A DNA stretch of 64,000 nucleotides from Eledone cirrhosa (lineage: Eukaryota). The stretch is taken from assembly GCA_964016885.1 (NCBI GenBank), contig OZ024745.1, positions 6,696,001 to 6,760,000 on the forward strand, written 5' to 3'. The translations under genes were made by a program, and so were the position numbers. The notes beneath the pieces are model-generated. The model had not been told where the DNA came from. It saw nothing but the letters and a program-made list of their open reading frames with translations, and ran no database searches. Below are positions 55,701-64,000 of this stretch, in pieces (within the stretch, counting starts at the first letter, position 1; each line of letters begins with the position of its first letter).

Positions 55701-58700
55701 GTAGTATGGTGGCTGTATAATATGGCAGCCAGTACTATGGTGGCTCTACAGTATGGCAGCCAGTACTATGGTGGCTCTACAATATGCAGCCAGTACTATG
55801 GTGGCTGTACAATATGGCAGCCAGTACTATGGTGGCTGTACAATATGGCAGCCAGTACTATGGTGGCTGTACAATATGGCAGCCAGTAATATGGTGGCTG
55901 TACAATATGGCAGCCAGTACTATGGTGGCAGTACAATATGGCAGCCAGTACTATGGTGGCTCTACAATATGGCAGCCAGTACTATGGTGGCTGTACAATA
56001 TGGCAGCCAGTACTATGGTGGCTGTACAATATGGCAGCCAGTACTATGGTGGCTGTACAATATGGCAGCCAGTAATATGGTGGCTGTACAATATGGCAGC
56101 CAGTACTATGGTGGCTGTACAATATGGCAGCCAGTACTATGGTGGGTCTACAATATGGCAGCCAGTACTATGGTCGCTATACAATATGGCAGCCAGTACT
56201 ATGGTGGCTGTACAATATGGCAGCCAGTACTATGGTGGCTCTACAATATGGCAGCCAGTACTATGGTGGCTGTACAATATTGCAGCTAGTACTATGGTGG
56301 CTGTACAATATGGCAGCCAGTTCTATGCTGGCTGTACAATATGGCAGCCAGTACTAATGTGGCTCAACAATAGGGCAGCCAGTACTATGGTGGCTCTACA
56401 ATATGGCAGCCAGTACTATGGTGGCTGTACAATATGGCAGTAGTACTATGGTGGCTGTACAATATGGTAGCCAGTACTATGGTGGCTGTACAATATGGCA
56501 GCCAGTACTATGGTGGCTGTACAATATGGCAGCCAGTACTATGGTGGCTCTACAATATGGCAGCCAGTACTATGGTGGCTCTACAATATGGCAGCCAGTG
56601 CTATGGTGGCTCTACAATATGGCAGCCAGTTCTATGGTGGCTGTACAATATGGCAGCCAGTACTATGGTGGCTGTACAATATGGCAGTCAGTACTATGGT
56701 GGCTCTACAATATGGCCGCCAATACTATGGTGGCTGTACAATATGGCAGTCAGTACCATAGTGGCTGTACAATATGGCAGCCAGTACTATGGTGGCTCTA
56801 CAATATGGCAGCCAGTACTATGGTGGCTGTACAATATTGTAGCTAGTACTATGGTGGCCGTACAATATGGCAGCCAGTTCTATGGTGGCTGTACAATATG
56901 GCAGCCAGTACTATTGTGGCTCAACAATATGGCAGCCAGTACTATGGTGGCTGTACAATATGGCAGCCAGTACTATGGTGGCTGTACAATATGGCAGCCA
57001 GTACTATGGTGGCTGTACAATATGGTAGCCAGTACTATGGTGGCTGTACAATATGGCAGCCAGTACTATGGTGGCTCTACAATATGGCCCCCAGTTCTAT
57101 GGTGGCTGTACAATATGGCAGCCAGTACTATGGTGGCTCTACAATATGGCAGCCAATACTATGGTGGCTGTACAATATGGCAGCCAGTACTATGGTGGCT
57201 GTACAATATGGCAGCCAGTGCTAAGGTGGCTCTACAATATGGCAGCCAGTACTATGGTGGCTGTACAATATTGCAGCTAGTACTATGGTGGCTGTACAAT
57301 ATGGCAGCCAGTTCTATGGTGGCTGTACAATATGGCAGCCAGTACTATTGTGGCTCAACAATATAGCAGCCAGTACTATGGTGGCTCTACAATATGGCAG
57401 CCAGTACTATGGTGGCTGTACAATATGGCAGCCAGTACTATGGTGGCTGTACAATATGGTAGCCAGTACTATGGTGGCTTTACAATATGGCCGCCAGTTC
57501 TATGGTGGCTGTACAATATGGCAGCCAGTACTATGGTGGCTCTACAATGTGGCAGCCAATACTATGGTGGCTGTACAATATGGCAGCCAGTACTATGGTG
57601 GCTGTACAATATGGCAGCCAGTTCTATGGTGGCTCTACAATATGGCAGCCAGTACTATGGTGGCTGTACAATATGGCAGCCAGTACTATGGTGGCTCTAC
57701 AATATGGAAGCCAGTAGTATGGTGGCTGTATAATATGGCAGCCAGTACTATGGTGGCTCTACAGTATGGCAGCCAGTACTATGGTGGCTCTACAATATGC
57801 AGCCAGTACTATGGTGGCTGTACAATATGGCAGCCAGTACTATGGTGGCTGTACAATATGGCAGCCAGTACTATGGTGGCTGTACAATATGGCAGCCAGT
57901 AATATGGTGGCTGTACAATATGGCAGCCAGTACTATGGTGGCAGTACAATATGGCAGCCAGTACTATGGTGGCTCTACAATATGGCAGCCAGTACTATGG
58001 TGGCTGTACAATATGGCAGCCAGTACTATGGTGGCTGTACAATATGGCAGCCAGTACTATGGTGGCTGTACAATATGGCAGCCAGTACTATGGTGGCTGT
58101 ACAATATGGCAGCCAGTAATATGGTGGCTGTACAATATGGCAGCCAGTACTATGGTGGCTGTACAATATGGCAGCCAGTACTATGGTGGGTCTACAATAT
58201 GGCAGCCAGTACTATGGTCGCTGTACAATATGGCAGCCAGTACTATGGTGACTGTACAATATGGCAGCCAGTACTATGGTGGCTCTACAATATGGCAGCC
58301 AGTACTATGGTGGCTGTACAATATTGCAGCTAGTACTATGGTGGCTGTACAATATGGCAGCCAGTTCTATGCTGGCTGTACAATATGGCAGCCAGTACTA
58401 ATGTGGCTCAACAATAGGGCAGCCAGTACTATGGTGGCTCTACAATATGGCAGCCAGTACTATGGTGGCTGTACAATATGGCAGTAGTACTATGGTGGCT
58501 GTACAATATGGTAGCCAGTACTATGGTGGCTGTACAATATGGCAGCCAGTACTATGGTGGCTGTACAATATGGCAGCCAGTACTATGGTGGCTCTACAAT
58601 ATGGCAGCCAGTACTATGGTGGCTCTACAATATGGCAGCCAGTGCTATGGTGGCTCGAAAATATGGCAGCCAGTTCTATGGTGGCTGTACAATATGGCAG

Positions 58701-61700
58701 CCAGTACTATGGTGGCTGTACAATATGGCAGTCAGTACTATGGTGGCTCTACAATATGGCCGCCAATACTATGGTGGCTGTACAATATGGCAGTCAGTAC
58801 CATAGTGGCTGTACAATATGGCAGCCAGTACTATGGTGGCTCTACAATATGGCAGCCAGTACTATGGTGGCTGTACAATATTGCAGCTAGTACTATGGTG
58901 GCCGTACAATATGGCAGCCAGTTCTATGGTGGCTGTACAATATGGCAGCCAGTACTATTGTGGCTCAACAATATGGCAGCCAGTACTATGGTGGCTGTAC
59001 AATATGGCAGCCAGTACTATGGTGGCTGTACAATATGGCAGCCAGTACTATGGTGGCTGTACAATATGGTAGCCAGTACTATGGTGGCTGTACAATATGG
59101 CAGCCAGTACTATGGTGGCTCTACAATATGGCCCCCAGTTCTATGGTGGCTGTACAATATGGCAGCCAGTACTATGGTGGCTCTACAATATGGCAGCCAA
59201 TACTATGGTGGCTGTACAATATGGCAGCCAGTACTATGGTGGCTGTACAATATGGCAGCCAGTGCTAAGGTGGCTCTACAATATGGCAGCCAGTACTATG
59301 GTGGCTGTACAATATGGCAGCCAGTTCTATGGTGGCTCTACAATATGACAGCCAGTACTATGGTGGCTGTACAATATGGCAGCCAGTACTATGGTGGCTC
59401 TACAATATGGCAGCCAGTACTATTCTGGCTGTACAATATGGCAGCCAGTACTATTCTGGCTGTACAATATGGAAGCCAGTACTATGGTGGCTGTATAATA
59501 TGGCAGCCAGTACTATGGTGGCTGTACAGTATTGCAGCCAGTACTATGGTGGCTCTACAATATAGCAGCCAGTGCTATGGTGGCTGTACAATATGGCAGC
59601 CAGTACTATGGTGGCTGTACAATATGGCAGCCAGTACTATGGTGGCTGTACAATATGGCAGCCAGTACTATGGTGGCTGTACAATATGGCAGCCAGTACT
59701 ATGGTGGCTCTACAATATGGCAGCCAGTGCTATGGTGGCTCTACTATATGGCAGCCAGTTCTATGGGGGCTGTACAATATGGCAGCCAGTACTATGGTGG
59801 CTGTACAATATGGCAGCCAGTACTATGGTGGCTGTACAATATGGCAGCCAGTACTATGGTGGCTGTACAATATGGCAGCCAGTACTATGGTGGCTGTACA
59901 ATATGGCAGCCAGTACTATGGTGACTCTACAATATGGCAGCCAGTACTATTCTGGCTGTACAATATGGCAGCCGGTACTATTCTGGCTGTACAGTATGGC
60001 AGCCAGTACTATGGTGGCTCTACAATATAGCAGCCAGTGCTATGGTGGCTGTACAATATGGCAACCAGTACTATGGTGGCTGTACAATATGGCAGCCAGT
60101 ACTATGGGGGCTGTATAATATGGCAGCAAGTAGTATGGTGGCTGTACAATATGGCAGCCAGTACTATGGTGGCTGTACAATATGGCAGCCAGTACTATGG
60201 TGGCTCTACAATATGGCAGCCAGTGCTATGGTGGCTCTACAATATGGAAGCCAGTTCTATGGGGGCTGTACAATATGGCAGCCAGTACTATGGTGGCTGT
60301 ACAATATGGCAGCCAGTACTATGGTGGCTATACGATATGGCAGCCAGTACTATGGTGGCTGTACAATATGGCAGCCAGTACTATGGTGGCTGTACAATAT
60401 GGCAGCCAATACTATGGTGGCTGTACAATATGGCAGTCAGTACTATGGTGGCTCTACAATATGGCAGCCAGTACTATGGTGGCTCTACAATATGGCAGCT
60501 AGTACTATGGTGGCTGTACAATATTGCAGCTAGTACTATGGTGGCTGTACAATATGGCAGCCAGTTCTATGGTGGCTGTACAATATGGCAGCCAGTACTA
60601 TTGTGGCTCAACAATATGGCAGCCAGTACTATGGTGGCTCTACAATATGGCAGCCAGTACTATGGTGGCTGTACAATATGGCAGCCAGTACTATGGTGGC
60701 TGTACAATATGGTAGCCAGTACTATGGTGGCTTTACAATATGGCCGCCAGTTCTATGGTGGCTGTACAATATGGCAGCCAGTACTATGGTGGCTCTACAA
60801 TGTGGCAGCCAATACTATGGTGGCTGTACAGTATGGCAGCCAGTACTATGGTGGCTGTACAATATGGCAGCCAGTTCTATGGTGGCTCTACAATATGGCA
60901 GCCAGTACTATGGTGGCTGTACAATATGGCAGCCAGTACTATGGTGGCTCTACAATATGGAAGCCAGTAGTATGGTGGCTGTATAATATGGCAGCCAGTA
61001 CTATGGTGGCTCTACAGTATGGCAGCCAGTACTATGGTGGCTCTACAATATGGCAGCCAGTACTATGGTGGGTGTACAATATGGCAGCCAGTACTATGGT
61101 GGCTGTACAATATGGCAGCCAGTACTATGGTGGCTGTACAATATGGCAGCCAGTACTATGGTGGCTGTACAATATGGCAGCCAGTAATATGGTGGCTGTA
61201 CAATATGGCAGCCAGTACTATGGTGGCAGTACAATATGGCAGCCAGTACTATGGTGGCTCTACAATATGGCAGCCAGTACTATGGTGGCTGTACAATATG
61301 GCAGCCAGTACTATGGTGGCTGTACAATATGGCAGCCAGTACTATGGTGGCTGTACAATATGGCAGCCAGTACTATGGTGGCTGTACAATATGGCAGCCA
61401 GTAATATGGTGGCTGTACAATATGGCAGCCAGTACTATGGTGGCTGTACAATATGGCAGCCAGTACTATGGTGGGTCTACAATATGGCAGCCAGTACTAT
61501 GGTCGCTGTACAATATGGCAGCCAGTACTATGGTGGATGTACAATATGGCAGCCAGTACTATGGTGGCTCTACAATATGGCAGCCAGTACTATGGTGGCT
61601 GTACAATATTGCAGCTAGTACTATGGTGGCTGTACAATATGGCAGCCAGTTCTATGGTGGCTGTACAATATGGCAGCCAGTACTATTGTGGCTCAACAAT

Positions 61701-64000
61701 AGGGCAGCCAGTACTATGGTGGCTCTACAATATGGCAGCCAGTACTATGGTGGCTGTACAATATGGCAGTAGTACTATGGTGGCTGTACAATATGGTAGC
61801 CAGTACTATGGTGGCTGTACAATATGTCAGCCAGTACTATGGTGGCTGTACAATATGGCAGCCAGTACTATGGTGGCTCTACAATATGGCAGCCAGTACT
61901 ATGGTGGCTCTACAATATGGCAGCCAGTGCTATGGTGGCTCTACAATATGGCAGCCAGTTCTATGGTGGCTGTACAATATGGCAGCCAGTACTATGGTGG
62001 CTGTACAATATGGCAGCCAGTACTATGGTGGCTGTACAATATAGCAGTCAGTACTATGGTGGCTCTACAATATGGCATCCAATACTATGGTGGCTGTACA
62101 ACATTGCAGCCAGTATTATGGTGGCTGTACAATATGGCAGTCAGTACTATGGTGGCTCTACAATATGGCCGCCAATACTATGGTGGCTGTACAATATGGC
62201 AGTCAGTACCATAGTGGCTGTACAATATGGCAGCCAGTACTATGGTGGCTCTACAATATGGCAGCCAGTACTATGGTGGCTGTACAATATTGCAGCTAGT
62301 ACTATGGTGGCCGTACAATATGGCAGCCAGTTCTATGGTGGCTGTACAATATGGCAGCCAGTACTATTGTGGCTCAACAATATGGCAGCCAGTACTATGG
62401 TGGCTGTACAATATGGCAGCCAGTACTATGGTGGCTGTACAATATGGCAGCCAGTACTATGGTGGCTGTACAATATGGTAGCCAGTACTATGGTGGCTGT
62501 ACAATATGGCAGCCAGTACTATGGTGGCTCTACAATATGGCCCCCAGTTCTATGGTGGCTGTACAATATGGCAGCCAGTACTATGGTGGCTCTACAATAT
62601 GGCAGCCAATACTATGGTGGCTGTACAATATGGCAGCCAGTACTATGGTGGCTGTACAATATGGCAGCCAGTGCTAAGGTGGCTCTACAATATGGCAGCC
62701 AGTACTATGGTGGCTGTACAATATGGCAGCCAGTTCTATGGTGGCTGTACAATATGGCAGGCAGTACTATTGTGGCTCAACAATATGGCAGCCAGTACTA
62801 TGGTGGCTCTACAATATGGCAGCCAGTACTATGGTGGCTCTACAATATGGCAGCCAGTACTATGGTGGCTCTACAATATGGCAGCTAGTACTATGGTGGC
62901 TGTACAATATTGCAGCTAGTACTATGGTGGCTGTACAATATGGCAGCCAGTTCTATGGTGGCTGTACAATATGGCAGCCAGTACTATTGTGGCTCAACAA
63001 TATGGCAGCCAGTACTATGGTGGCTCTACAATATGGCAGCCAGTACTATGGTGGCTGTACAATATGGCAGCCAGTACTATGGTGGCTGTACAATATGGTA
63101 GCCAGTACTATGGTGGCTTTACAATATGGCCGCCAGTTCTATGGTGGCTGTACAATATGGCAGCCAGTACTATGGTGGCTCTACAATGTGGCAGCCAATA
63201 CTATGGTGGCTGTACAATATGGCAACCAGTACTATGGTGGCTGTACAATATGGCAGCCAGTTCTATGGTGGCTCTACAATATGGCAGCCAGTACTATGGT
63301 GGCTGTACAATATGGCAGCCAGTACTATGGTGGCTCTACAATATGGAAGCCAGTAGTATGGTGGCTGTATAATATGGCAGCCAGTACTATGGTGGCTCTA
63401 CAGTATGGCAGCCAGTACTATGGTGGCTCTACAATATGGCAGCCAGTACTATGGTGGGTGTACAATATGGCAGCCAGTACTATGGTGGCTGTACAATATG
63501 GCAGCCAGTACTATGGTGGCTGTACAATATGGCAGCCAGTACTATGGTGGCTGTACAATATGGCAGCCAGTAATATGGTGGCTGTACAATATGGCAGCCA
63601 GTACTATGGTGGCAGTACAATATGGCAGCCAGTACTATGGTGGCTCTACAATATGGCAGCCAGTACTATGGTGGCTGTACAATATGGCAGCCAGTACTAT
63701 GGTGGCTGTACAATATGGCAGCCAGTACTATGGTGGCTGTACAATATGGCAGCCAGTACTATGGTGGCTGTACAATATGGCAGCCAGTAATATGGTGGCT
63801 GTACAATATGGCAGCCAGTACTATGGTGGCTGTACAATATGGCAGCCAGTACTATGGTGGGTCTACAATATGGCAGCCAGTACTATGGTCGCTGTACAAT
63901 ATGGCAGCCAGTACTATGGTGGATGTACAATATGGCAGCCAGTACTATGGTGGCTCTACAATATGGCAGCCAGTACTATGGTGGCTGTACAATATTGCAG
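43750..64000. repeat. Satellite array B, 31-bp monomer GTACAATATGGCAGCCAGTACTATGGTGGCT, about 650 copies, open at the right edge
   Basis: Uninterrupted 31-bp periodicity from 43751. The main variant is CTCTAC for CTGTAC. Confidence 0.99.

Noticed and set aside
43707-63790. More than 100 overlapping ORFs encoding MAASTMVAVQYGSQYYGGCTIWQPVLWWLYN repeats (superficially like Gly/Tyr-rich structural proteins)
   Set aside because: The 31-bp monomer has no plus-strand stop, so every frame gives the same 31-aa cycle. Stops and 1-bp deletions are scattered with no frame preference. This is a satellite artefact.

Overview
Eukaryotic, repeat-dominated window. The tRNA-derived SINE copies match, from memory, the abundant Octopus SINE, so the source is probably an octopus genome. 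Two unrelated-looking 31-bp satellite arrays (1-32444 and 43750-64000, both running off the window) enclose an ~11.3-kb island. The island holds three smaller minisatellites (26 bp, ~12 bp, 48-51 bp), four or five SINE copies or fragments, many (TA)n tracts and a few possible small exons. The main signal is at 38043-41374: three different non-coding insertions, each bounded by (TA)n. Together they carry five type I hammerhead ribozyme motifs from three sequence families (cores UUGAGAA = U3:A8 variant, CUGACGA, and CCGAAGA = U4C variant). Two of the insertions have long inverted repeats like the pseudo-LTRs of Penelope-like elements. No RT or endonuclease ORF is visible, so they appear to be non-autonomous Penelope-like or retrozyme-like elements. 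Almost all ORFs in the supplied track are repeat artefacts.
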